A DNA stretch of 64,000 nucleotides from Gammaproteobacteria bacterium (GTDB taxonomy: Bacteria; Pseudomonadota; Gammaproteobacteria; CAJXQU01). The notes beneath the pieces were generated by a model, which worked only from the letters and a program-made list of their open reading frames with translations, was not told the DNA's origin and ran no database searches. Below, one piece after another: positions 18,936-27,709 of this stretch (the stretch's first letter is position 1; every line of letters starts with the position of its first letter). The stretch lies in contig JALSRM010000069.1 of NCBI GenBank assembly GCA_026984775.1, positions 28,939 to 92,938 of the forward strand. Direction: 5' to 3'. Both the position numbers and the translations under genes were made by a program.

Positions 18936-20780
18936 ATGGATAATACAAACGAAAACGCAACGTCACCTGTTTCGACCGACGAACAACGTTCTATGCTTAA
19001 GGACCTTATTGCCAAAGGCAAAGAACAGGGTTACCTGACTTATACCGAGGTCAATGATCACTTACCTGGTGAAATCGTCGATCCGGAACAAATCGAAGAG
19101 ATCATCAACATGATCAATGATATGGGTATCGCCGTACATGAAACAGCACCGGATGCCGATGCCCTTTTGATGTCAGACTCAGCCGTGACCGATAGTGAAG
19201 AAGCAGCCGAAGAGGCTGCTGCTGCACTTGCTCTGGTCTACAATGAATTTGGTCGTACAACCGATCCCGTACGCATGTATATGCGAGAGATGGGCACCGT
19301 CGATCTGCTTACTAGAGAGGGAGAGATCGTCATTGCCAAACGTATTGAAGAAGGTTTGAGTCAAGTTCTTGCAGCATTATCCGACTATCCGTATATCATG
19401 GACAAAGTCCTCAATGAATACCAAAAGGTCGAGTCGGAAGAGATCAAGCTTACCGATCTCATCAGCGGATTTTTTGATCCGAATGAAGAAGCTGCCCAAC
19501 CAGCACCGCGGCCAACTGCAGAAGTCGCAGACGATACCGATGAAGAGGAAGAAGTCGAGGATGCCAATGCCCTTGATCCGGAAGAGGCTCGGAAACGCTT
19601 TATTACCATGGCCAAACTCCACGAAAAGGTGCTTGCGTCCACAAAAAAACTGGGCAGGAATCATGAAAAGACCAAGGCCCTGAGAAAAGAGCTTGCTGAA
19701 CGTTTCCGTGAATTCAAATTCACACCCAAAATGATCGATCGGTTGAACAAGGAAGTCCGTGGAATCGTAGACGAAATCCGCAAACAGGAAAAGGCGATAA
19801 TGACCGCCTGTACGAAGAGGGCGGGTATGCCGCGTAAGGACTTCATTGCCTCCTTTACGGACAATGAAACAAATCTTGAATGGACTGACGAACTGATTGC
19901 CGCAGGTAAACCTTGGTCAGAAAAGATCAAGGAAGAGCAAGAGGTGATCAAGTCTGCCCAGAAACGGCTACTTGCCGTCGAATTGATGTCCAATATGTCC
20001 ATTCCCGAGATCAAGGACATCAACCGCCGTATGTCTATTGGTGAGGCAAAGGCAAGACGGGCGAAAAAAGAAATGGTTGAAGCAAACTTGCGACTGGTAA
20101 TCTCGATTGCCAAAAAGTACACCAACCGCGGACTACTTTTCCTGGATCTGATCCAGGAAGGCAACATTGGACTGATGAAGGCAGTAGATAAATTCGAATA
20201 TCGTCGTGGTTATAAGTTCTCTACCTATGCAACCTGGTGGATCAGGCAGGCAATTACACGCTCAATTGCTGATCAGGCGCGCACTATCCGTATCCCGGTG
20301 CATATGATCGAGACGATTAACAAACTCAACCGTATCTCCCGTCAGATCTTGCAGGAAAAGGGGCGTGAACCCACACCCGAAGAGCTGTCTGAACGCATGC
20401 AGATGCCTGAAGACAAGGTCCGCAAAGTCTTAAAAATTGCCAAGGAACCCATCTCAATGGAGACACCTATCGGTGATGATGAAGATTCACATCTTGGCGA
20501 CTTTATTGAGGACACCAATATTCAGGCACCGATCGAATCGGCCACATTCGAAAGTCTATGCAAGACCACGCGCGATGTCCTGGAAGGCTTGACACCTCGG
20601 GAAGCCAAGGTTCTGCGCATGCGTTTCGGTATTGGCATGAACACCGATCATACGCTGGAAGAAGTCGGCAAGCAGTTTGACGTAACCCGTGAGCGTATAC
20701 GTCAGATCGAAGCCAAGGCGCTGAGAAAGCTTCGACATCCTTCACGTTCAGAACAGCTTCGAACATTTCTGGATAATTGA
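18936..20780 (+). CDS. rpoD: RNA polymerase sigma factor RpoD (sigma70)
   Basis: Region 1.1; [58 protein letters not shown]. Confidence 0.99.
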   Translation: MDNTNENATSPVSTDEQRSMLKDLIAKGKEQGYLTYTEVNDHLPGEIVDPEQIEEIINMINDMGIAVHETAPDADALLMSDSAVTDSEEAAEEAAAALALVYNEFGRTTDPVRMYMREMGTVDLLTREGEIVIAKRIEEGLSQVLAALSDYPYIMDKVLNEYQKVESEEIKLTDLISGFFDPNEEAAQPAPRPTAEVADDTDEEEEVEDANALDPEEARKRFITMAKLHEKVLASTKKLGRNHEKTKALRKELAERFREFKFTPKMIDRLNKEVRGIVDEIRKQEKAIMTACTKRAGMPRKDFIASFTDNETNLEWTDELIAAGKPWSEKIKEEQEVIKSAQKRLLAVELMSNMSIPEIKDINRRMSIGEAKARRAKKEMVEANLRLVISIAKKYTNRGLLFLDLIQEGNIGLMKAVDKFEYRRGYKFSTYATWWIRQAITRSIADQARTIRIPVHMIETINKLNRISRQILQEKGREPTPEELSERMQMPEDKVRKVLKIAKEPISMETPIGDDEDSHLGDFIEDTNIQAPIESATFESLCKTTRDVLEGLTPREAKVLRMRFGIGMNTDHTLEEVGKQFDVTRERIRQIEAKALRKLRHPSRSEQLRTFLDN

Positions 20781-20788
20781 TACTGTTC

Positions 20789-20819
20789 CCGGATCAGGGA
20801 AGGTGGCACCCTGATCCGG
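20789..20819 (+). terminator. Stem-loop just after rpoD (terminator or processing hairpin)
   Basis: Perfect 11-bp stem CCGGATCAGGG/CCCTGATCCGG; only a weak U-tract follows. Confidence 0.5.
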
Positions 20820-20822
20820 CTC

Positions 20823-20851
20823 TTCCAGCATTTCTATCTGTCCGTTATACT
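20823..20851 (+). promoter_or_regulatory. Putative sigma70 promoter of the tRNA
   Basis: TTCCAG-17 bp-TATACT, ending 14 bp upstream of the tRNA. Confidence 0.5.
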
Positions 20852-20865
20852 TCACTCCTCACATC

Positions 20866-20942
20866 GGGCCTGTAGCTCAGTTGGTTAGAGCAGTGGACTC
20901 ATAATCCATTGGTCGGAGGTTCGAGTCCTCCCGGGCCCACCA
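20866..20942 (+). tRNA. tRNA with CAT anticodon, most likely tRNA-Ile2 (lysidine-modified)
   Basis: Acceptor GGGCCTG/CGGGCCC-ACCA, anticodon arm GTGGA-CTCATAA-TCCAT, GGTTCGAGTCC; location downstream of rpoD is typical of ileX. Confidence 0.93.
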
Positions 20943-21109
20943 TTTTGTCATCTACAGGCGACATATTCTTCCATTAAACTGCCATTTCATTTTTGCTTCC
21001 TTGCACTGGAACAGATCAATTATTTCATCCTGACGTACAATTCACTGATTTCACAAGAGTTCTCTGGACTTTTAAAGGAATTGTCAATTCTCTATTCACA
21101 CGCTTGTGG

Positions 21110-21124
21110 TGGCATAGTTGATGC
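21110..21124 (+). promoter_or_regulatory. sigma54 (-24/-12) promoter
   Basis: TGGCATAGTTGATGC has exact GG-N10-GC spacing, about 50 bp upstream of the bactofilin start. Confidence 0.6.
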
Positions 21125-21175
21125 CTGATTATACAGGCAGTCGTTCTTTATCATATTTTTTCGGAGGGTATTACG

Positions 21176-21556
21176 TTGAGTGAATCAGTTGGGTTAATCG
21201 GGAAAGGAATTGAGTTCACAGGAGATATAAACTTCGAAGGAACGCTCAGGATCGAAGGTCAGGTCAGCGGAACGATCAAAGGAGAAACGGGTACCGTTTC
21301 AATCGGTGACAGCGGAAATGTCAAAGCTGATATCATTTCCAATATTTGTATTATTGACGGTACACTTGAAGGTGATCTTCAAGCGAAGACAAAAGTGGAA
21401 ATTACGAAAACAGGTCGCTTGCGCGGGAATGTTATTACTCGTGATCTGGTCATTGCTGAAGGTGCTATTTTTGAAGGCTCTTTGGAAATGGTCAAGGAAT
21501 CAGGTTTTGCAACGATGCCTGATCGGAACGAGCAGCAGACATTGCAGACAGCCTGA
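21176..21556 (+). CDS. Bactofilin (polymer-forming cytoskeletal protein, CcmA/DUF583)
   Basis: GGAGG RBS + TTG start; beta-helical repeats LIGKGIEFTGDI..LRIEGQVSGTI..IIDGTLEGDL..LVIAEGAIFEG. Confidence 0.92.
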   Translation: MSESVGLIGKGIEFTGDINFEGTLRIEGQVSGTIKGETGTVSIGDSGNVKADIISNICIIDGTLEGDLQAKTKVEITKTGRLRGNVITRDLVIAEGAIFEGSLEMVKESGFATMPDRNEQQTLQTA

Positions 21557-21572
21557 GTTTCCCCATTCACTC

Positions 21573-21597
21573 TTCCCGGTCAGGATCTGGCCGGGGA
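21573..21597 (+). terminator. Hairpin after bactofilin (probable terminator)
   Basis: TTCCCGGTCAG/CTGGCCGGGGA stem followed by ACGTTTTT. Confidence 0.5.
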
Positions 21598-21719
21598 ACG
21601 TTTTGAGCACTGATCCCATCTCAGTTTTAAGGTAAACTTGCAGCCGGAATTTCGCACCGGCTCGCAAGAAAACCGGCCGGTGACGCCTTTTAATTCACCA
21701 TCTTGATTATTATTCATTC

Positions 21720-22805
21720 ATGAAAGAATCCCTGATCCAAAAACTGGAAAATATTGCTGATCGCAAAATTGAGCTGGAAGGCATGCTTGCCGAACCTGAG
21801 ATCATCAACGATCAAAACCGATTCCGGAAATTGTCTCGCGAATATGCAGATGTAGAACCTGTTGTTTCCTGCTTTCAGCATTACCGGGAAGCAATAGAAA
21901 CTCAGAAAAATGCCCGGGAAATGCTCAAGGACCCAGATCCTGAAATGCGTGAGCTGGCGAACGAGGAACTGAAACAAGCCGCGTCAGAGATCGAGAAACT
22001 TGAAAAACAACTAAAGATTCTCCTTCTACCCAAAGATCCCTCGGATGACAGCAACCTATTTCTTGAAATACGTGCCGGCACCGGTGGCGACGAAGCGGCT
22101 CTATTCGCTGGTGATTTGTTACGGATGTACACCCGTTACGCAGAATCCCAGAACTGGAAAATAGAACCCATTAATGAAAGTATCAGCGAGACAGGTGGAT
22201 ACAAAGAGGTGATTATTCGTATTATTGGTCAAGGTGCCTACTCCAGACTCAAATTCGAATCCGGAGCACACCGGGTGCAACGCGTCCCTGAAACCGAATC
22301 ACAAGGGCGTATCCATACCTCGGCCTGTACCGTTGCTGTCCTGCCGGAAGTGGATGAAATCGAAGACATCGAAATCAATCCTGCTGATCTGCGTATAGAT
22401 ACCTTTCGTGCATCCGGTGCGGGCGGTCAGCATGTAAACAAAACCGACTCTGCCATCCGAATCACACATTTGCCCACCGGGGTGGTCGTCGAGTGTCAAG
22501 ATGAACGCTCACAGCATAAGAACAAGGCACATGCGATGAACCTGCTGAAATCAAGACTGCTCGCTGCCGAACGGGAAAAACAGCAAACAGAGCAGGCAGA
22601 AAACCGTCGTAACCTGGTCGGGAGTGGCGACCGTTCGGAAAGGATCCGAACTTACAACTACCCACAGGGACGCGTCACCGATCACCGCATCAATCTGACC
22701 CTTTACAAGCTTGACCAAATTATGGAAGGCGACCTCGATCTCATCATTGAACCCCTGATCCAAGAACATCAGGCCGATCTGATCGCATCCCTGTCAGAAA
22801 CATGA
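21720..22805 (+). CDS. prfA: Peptide chain release factor 1
   Basis: [21 protein letters not shown] (PxT motif), [23 protein letters not shown]. Confidence 0.98.
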   Translation: MKESLIQKLENIADRKIELEGMLAEPEIINDQNRFRKLSREYADVEPVVSCFQHYREAIETQKNAREMLKDPDPEMRELANEELKQAASEIEKLEKQLKILLLPKDPSDDSNLFLEIRAGTGGDEAALFAGDLLRMYTRYAESQNWKIEPINESISETGGYKEVIIRIIGQGAYSRLKFESGAHRVQRVPETESQGRIHTSACTVAVLPEVDEIEDIEINPADLRIDTFRASGAGGQHVNKTDSAIRITHLPTGVVVECQDERSQHKNKAHAMNLLKSRLLAAEREKQQTEQAENRRNLVGSGDRSERIRTYNYPQGRVTDHRINLTLYKLDQIMEGDLDLIIEPLIQEHQADLIASLSET

Positions 22806-23653
22806 TGACGGTATCGGCCCTGATTGAACTTGGCCGCAAATCTCTGATCCATTCCGACACCGCACTGCTCGATGCTCAGGTCCTGCTGTGCCATGTCCTC
22901 GGTGTCGATCGCAGCTATCTTTACAAGGCCCCAGAGGAGAAAGTTCCTGATCACGTCCGACAAGCCTATCAGAAACTGGTTAATCAAAGACAACAGGGTG
23001 TACCGGTTTCATATCTCACAGGCAACAAGGAATTCTGGTCATTGGATTTGAAAGTAGACAAGTACACCCTTATCCCGCGACCGGAAACAGAACTGCTGGT
23101 CGAGATCGCTCTTGAAATAATCCATCAACAGTCTATCCGTTCAATTGCTGACTTGGGAACAGGAACAGGAGCCGTTGCGTTGGCCCTGGCATCAGAGATC
23201 AGAAAAGATTTCCCTGACTGTTCAATCATTGCAACGGATATTTCTCCAGAAGCTCTAGAAATTGCTAAAGAGAACATGGAGAACTTAGAAATTAACAATC
23301 TCATCCTCAAACAAGGTAACTGGTGCAAGGCACTGGATGACACAAGGCTCGATCTGATCGTCAGCAACCCGCCCTATATCGCTGAAAACCATTCTTGCCT
23401 AAAAGAAGGTGATGTAAGATATGAACCGATGCTGGCATTAAAAAGCGGTAGTGATGGTCTCAATGCCATCCGCGAGATTATCCATACGGCTCCTGAGCAT
23501 TTGAACCCGGGAGGTTGGTTGCTACTCGAACATGGTCACGATCAGAAACAAGCGATACACGAACTACTGGGAAGAGAGGATTTCCATAAAGTGGAGACTC
23601 GCAGGGACTATGCTGGTCTGGACAGAGTAACCCTGGCACAGGTACGACAATGA
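22802..23653 (+). CDS. prmC: Release factor glutamine methyltransferase
   Basis: [31 protein letters not shown] overlap with prfA. Confidence 0.97.
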   Translation: MMTVSALIELGRKSLIHSDTALLDAQVLLCHVLGVDRSYLYKAPEEKVPDHVRQAYQKLVNQRQQGVPVSYLTGNKEFWSLDLKVDKYTLIPRPETELLVEIALEIIHQQSIRSIADLGTGTGAVALALASEIRKDFPDCSIIATDISPEALEIAKENMENLEINNLILKQGNWCKALDDTRLDLIVSNPPYIAENHSCLKEGDVRYEPMLALKSGSDGLNAIREIIHTAPEHLNPGGWLLLEHGHDQKQAIHELLGREDFHKVETRRDYAGLDRVTLAQVRQ

Positions 23654-23820
23654 TGAGCCGATCCGATTGGAAAAAACGGATACAGAAAGCTTGGCAAGAG
23701 ATTCCAACAGGCTGGGAAACCCACGTTCAGCATGCCTATGCTGCTCGTTATTTATTCCGCCAGAAGAAAGCCGACAAGAATGATCGCAGACGTCACTGGC
23801 AACAGTATCTCGATCCATGA
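23650..23820 (+). CDS. Unannotated 56-aa small protein ([56 protein letters not shown])
   Basis: Below the ORF-track length cutoff. Its ATG overlaps the prmC TGA (ATGA 23650-23653) and its TGA overlaps the moeB ATG (ATGA 23817-23820), filling the gap exactly. Confidence 0.7.
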   Translation: MMSRSDWKKRIQKAWQEIPTGWETHVQHAYAARYLFRQKKADKNDRRRHWQQYLDP

Positions 23821-24569
23821 AAGACGAACAGCTCCTCCGTTACAGCCGGCAGATTATGCTGCCGGAACTGGATGTTGCAGGCCAGCAGGCATTGCTCGAT
23901 GCCACAGTAATGATCATGGGTCTGGGCGGTCTCGGATCACCGGCATCCATGTATCTGGCCGCAGCAGGTGTGGGTCACTTGGTACTGGTCGATTTTGACA
24001 CCGTGGAGCTGTCGAATCTACAGCGTCAAATCGTTCATGTCACCGCAGATACCGGTCGCCCCAAGGTTGAGTCTGCCCGTGATCATTTACATGCATTGAA
24101 CCCTGATTGCGAAATCACCTTGATTAATAAACTTCTCGTGGAGAAGGAGCTCCGCGAAGAGATTGAAAAAGTCGATGTGGTTGTCGATGGTAGCGACAAT
24201 TTCCAGACTCGATTTCTGGTCAACAAAGCCTGTGTCAAAACACAAAAACCGCTCGTTTCCGGAGCGGCAATCCGCTTTGAAGGTCAGATCAGCACCTTTG
24301 ATCAACGTGAAATGGAGAGCCCGTGCTACCAATGCCTCTACAACGATGAAACAGCCATCAACGAAACCTGTAGTGAAACTGGTGTCATTGCACCTCTACT
24401 TGGGATCATTGGTTCCTTACAGGCTCTCGAAACGATCAAGCTAATCACAGAAACAGGTAACCCTTTGATCGGCCGTCTGCTTCTTTTCGACGCCATGAGA
24501 AGTGAGTTTCAGGTGATGCGATTTCGCAAGGATCCCGCATGTCCCGTCTGTGGTAAGCACCAATTATGA
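23817..24569 (+). CDS. moeB: MoeB/ThiF-family E1-like adenylyltransferase
   Basis: RYSRQIML, GLGGLG, DFDTVELSNLQRQ, DGSDNF, CYQC and CPVC zinc site, TCSETGV; no rhodanese domain. Confidence 0.93.
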   Translation: MKDEQLLRYSRQIMLPELDVAGQQALLDATVMIMGLGGLGSPASMYLAAAGVGHLVLVDFDTVELSNLQRQIVHVTADTGRPKVESARDHLHALNPDCEITLINKLLVEKELREEIEKVDVVVDGSDNFQTRFLVNKACVKTQKPLVSGAAIRFEGQISTFDQREMESPCYQCLYNDETAINETCSETGVIAPLLGIIGSLQALETIKLITETGNPLIGRLLLFDAMRSEFQVMRFRKDPACPVCGKHQL

Positions 24570-24976
24570 GTCACTACCAATTCAGATTTCCCCAAAGCCT
24601 GATGGGGCATATAGTGGACCATGCACTTGAGACACCAGAGATCGAAGTATGTGGACTGATCGCGGCAAGAATGAGTGAAGTCAGCAGTGTCTACCGCATC
24701 CCAAATGTTGCTAAGGACCAAACCATTTCTTTCTTTATGGAGCCACAGGCCCAGATTGCTGCGTTAAAGACCATGCGCAAGTATGGAGAACACCTGTGTG
24801 GAATCTATCATTCACATCCTGCCAGCGATCCTCTCCCTTCGAAAAAGGATCTCGAAGAAGCTGCCTACCCCCACACGCTCTATCTCATTGTTTCTCTGAA
24901 GAACGGGAAACCCGAACTGGGCTCCTTTCTGTTTGACGGGAAAGGCTTTCGCACAGTTGAATTGCAGATTGTCTGA
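24566..24976 (+). CDS. JAB/MPN (Mov34, M67 family) metallo-isopeptidase
   Basis: EVCGLI...YHSHPASDPLPSKKD matches the E..HxH.x7.S.x2.D JAMM motif; ATGA overlap with moeB. Confidence 0.92.
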   Translation: MSHYQFRFPQSLMGHIVDHALETPEIEVCGLIAARMSEVSSVYRIPNVAKDQTISFFMEPQAQIAALKTMRKYGEHLCGIYHSHPASDPLPSKKDLEEAAYPHTLYLIVSLKNGKPELGSFLFDGKGFRTVELQIV

Positions 24977-24983
24977 TCCCAAT

Positions 24984-25676
24984 TTATTCCAACCACTTCT
25001 CAAGCAGGCAACCCATCTCCTCCACTGTCATTGGAGGTTTGGCCGTTTCAAACCAAAGGACGGACTGGGCTGCAATCATTTCTGCTAATGCCCTGCCATT
25101 GGTCAGCCCGGAATCATCCCGGCAGGCATCCGGCTCTTTAGAAAGAATGTTGAGAGCCGCACCCAAAACCTTTTCCCGATCACTGGACCGACTGCCGGGA
25201 ACGACACTGGCACGATCGGGAGTCTCTGGCAGGGTCATTTCAGGCACAGGTTTTTTTACCACATTCAGTACGAATTGCATGAGACTGTCCAATGCATCAG
25301 GAACCGTGATCCCGGTTTCTATTAGCCAGCGATAATAGCTGGCTGATTCCACACGCCATTTCTCAGGTGGATCATACAGATTGCTAACGGCAGGCCCTGC
25401 GCCTTCCGAGGACAACGCTTTCAGGCTGTTCCAAGCCTTCTGCGCTTGCTCAGTAAACCCTTCAATCGCGATAAAAGTGTCTTTCTCGTCCGGATCCAAC
25501 CCTAACGCCAGTGGAAGAGCCTGATCCCGTAACAACCACTCATCCTGTTTGATCCATTTCTCAAAGATCTTTTGCTGGTAAAAGGGATCCTTTTGTTGCT
25601 CTTCCGTAATACGATCCTGCACAATACCGTTCAAATGCTCTATCGCCTGAAGTAGTTTTTCCGTCAGGTTACTCAT
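24984..25676 (-). CDS. Hypothetical protein (230 aa)
   Basis: GGAGAG RBS, long ORF with normal composition; no family recognised. Confidence 0.8.
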   Translation of the reverse strand: MSNLTEKLLQAIEHLNGIVQDRITEEQQKDPFYQQKIFEKWIKQDEWLLRDQALPLALGLDPDEKDTFIAIEGFTEQAQKAWNSLKALSSEGAGPAVSNLYDPPEKWRVESASYYRWLIETGITVPDALDSLMQFVLNVVKKPVPEMTLPETPDRASVVPGSRSSDREKVLGAALNILSKEPDACRDDSGLTNGRALAEMIAAQSVLWFETAKPPMTVEEMGCLLEKWLE

Positions 25677-25742
25677 TCAATCTCTCCAAAACTTATCCTG
25701 AAAAGTTGTACAATAGACTACCCTAAATTTTACTGATCAGAC

Positions 25743-26513
25743 ATGCAAATCATTATTTCACCAGCTAAAACTCTGGATTTTGAGACAAAACCAAAAATTT
25801 CTGAATATACCCAACCTGAGTTTCTGGAACAGAGTTGTGAGTTGGTTGATCAACTGAAACAGCTCACACCAGATGACCTTGCCTCACTGATGAAGCTCAG
25901 TGATAAACTGGCATTACTTAATTACGAACGTTATCAAAGCTGGCGTACTCCCTTTACGCCTGAAAATTCCAAACAGTGTGTTTATGCGTTCAAGGGTGAC
26001 GTCTATACCGGACTGGAAGTGGCGAGCTTGGATAAGGCAGACATCGATTTTGCCCAGAACCATCTCAAGATCCTCTCTGGCCTGTATGGACTGCTGAGGC
26101 CGCTGGATCTGATCCAGCCATATCGTCTCGAAATGGGGACGCCACTCAAAAACCCGAGAGGTGATAATCTATATCGGTTTTGGGGAAACCTGATCACACA
26201 GAAACTAAATGACTCCCTCGAAGAAAACCCTGTATTGATCAATCTTGCGTCCAACGAATATTCCAAAGCGGTCAATTTTGATAACCTTGATGCTGACGTC
26301 ATCACACCGATATTCAAAGACAAGAAAAATGACGAATACAAACTGATCAGCTTTTATGCAAAAAAAGCCCGTGGTCTTATGAGCCGATTCATCATCACTC
26401 ATCGGATCACCAAACCCGATCAGATCAAGGCATTTGATCTGGCCGGGTACCGATTCAGTCCCTCCCTCTCAAAAGAAAGAGAATGGGTATTTACTCGTGA
26501 TGCGCCAGCATGA
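25743..26513 (+). CDS. yaaA: Peroxide stress protein YaaA (DUF328)
   Basis: IISPAKTLD, FKGDVYTGL, LSGLYGLLRPLDLIQPYRLEMG, NLASNEY, SFYAKKARG. Confidence 0.96.
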   Translation: MQIIISPAKTLDFETKPKISEYTQPEFLEQSCELVDQLKQLTPDDLASLMKLSDKLALLNYERYQSWRTPFTPENSKQCVYAFKGDVYTGLEVASLDKADIDFAQNHLKILSGLYGLLRPLDLIQPYRLEMGTPLKNPRGDNLYRFWGNLITQKLNDSLEENPVLINLASNEYSKAVNFDNLDADVITPIFKDKKNDEYKLISFYAKKARGLMSRFIITHRITKPDQIKAFDLAGYRFSPSLSKEREWVFTRDAPA

Positions 26514-26521
26514 ACCAGCTT

Positions 26522-27625
26522 TCAAGATTCGTCACTTTTAGCCAATGCATCCAGACAGCGAATGACCTCGAAGCTGGCCTCCTCCATTTCCTTAATCTTC
26601 TCCACACCTTCATCTTCCAAGCCTTCATAGTAGAAGTTGATTGCGGCCACGCCCGCCTCATGCACCTTTTGATGGGGTTTCTCGAGCTCCTGAAAGGCGC
26701 GTGTATTTCCAAAGGCTTCTTTACCAGCACCGGCATACCATTTGCCAAGACGGCAGTCGGTATGAAGCGCAAAATCTTTTGCAGTTTTGTCTGAGAGGCC
26801 CATAAAAATTTGATAAATACCAAACTTGTAGATCAGATGATCGATCTTCGCCAGCTCGGCAAAACTGTATATCGCACTCCGTGCGATCGCATCCTCCATT
26901 TCTGAGGAGATGGCGATGAGGCTTTTCATGTTTTGGGTTGCTTCTTCCGTGATCACACTCAGTCCATCCGATTCTTCGATGACTTTATCCATCTGCGCCT
27001 TGGCTTCCTGGGTGTCTGTCTGGATGATCGTGACCAGTTCTTCAATCTCGTTGGTTGCTTCACTGGCGCGTGCCGCCAAATTTCTGACTTCATCAGCGAC
27101 CACTGCAAACCCACGCCCCATCTCACCTGCCCTGGCCGCTTCGATCGCTGCATTTAATGCCAGCAGATTGGTTTGTTCTGAAATCGCCTTGATCATATTC
27201 ACAATACCACCAATATCTTCCGCTCTCTGGCTCAATTCAGACACCTTGACTGAAGTCGTTGCGGTATCTTCCGTCATACGGTGCAGTTTCCTTGCCATGC
27301 TCTCGACGGACTCTCCCGTCGTCGCCGAAATCTTTCCAGCATCGACTGCAAGGGAGGACTTGCTCTCCATATCCGATGCAATGTCGCTCAGTGAGCCTTG
27401 AACAGACAACAATGAATCATTGAATAGTTGCATGTTCTTATAGATTTTTTCCTTGGTATAATGCCTCGAATGAGAGTCGTCAGCCACTGTTGACACATTG
27501 GCTACCAGAGTTCTCAAACTGTCTCTCTCTTCGATCACGTCTGCAAGTTCTGCACGTAAGCGTTCCAGTTCCTGATTCTCTTCGGAATTTTTGCTAGTCT
27601 GTTGTCTTTTACCAAATCCAAACAT
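26522..27625 (-). CDS. Soluble methyl-accepting chemotaxis protein with C-terminal CZB zinc-binding domain (start taken at ATG 27625)
   Basis: [37 protein letters not shown] residues [21 protein letters not shown]; no TM segment. Confidence 0.93.
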   Translation of the reverse strand: MFGFGKRQQTSKNSEENQELERLRAELADVIEERDSLRTLVANVSTVADDSHSRHYTKEKIYKNMQLFNDSLLSVQGSLSDIASDMESKSSLAVDAGKISATTGESVESMARKLHRMTEDTATTSVKVSELSQRAEDIGGIVNMIKAISEQTNLLALNAAIEAARAGEMGRGFAVVADEVRNLAARASEATNEIEELVTIIQTDTQEAKAQMDKVIEESDGLSVITEEATQNMKSLIAISSEMEDAIARSAIYSFAELAKIDHLIYKFGIYQIFMGLSDKTAKDFALHTDCRLGKWYAGAGKEAFGNTRAFQELEKPHQKVHEAGVAAINFYYEGLEDEGVEKIKEMEEASFEVIRCLDALAKSDES

Positions 27626-27709
27626 ATGATTTCCCTTACAATTGATAACTGAACTTTTGTAGTTTTCATCAAGCAATAACCGTTCCTGTTTTTAACCCAG
27701 AGGTATTCA

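Noticed and set aside
20866..21720. Integrative element at tRNA(CAT)
   Set aside because: No integrase and no duplicated tRNA 3' end (att site) seen in the window.
23732..23998. 88-aa plus-strand ORF overlapping the moeB start
   Set aside because: Out of frame with both moeB and the doubly coupled 56-aa ORF, which explains the interval better.
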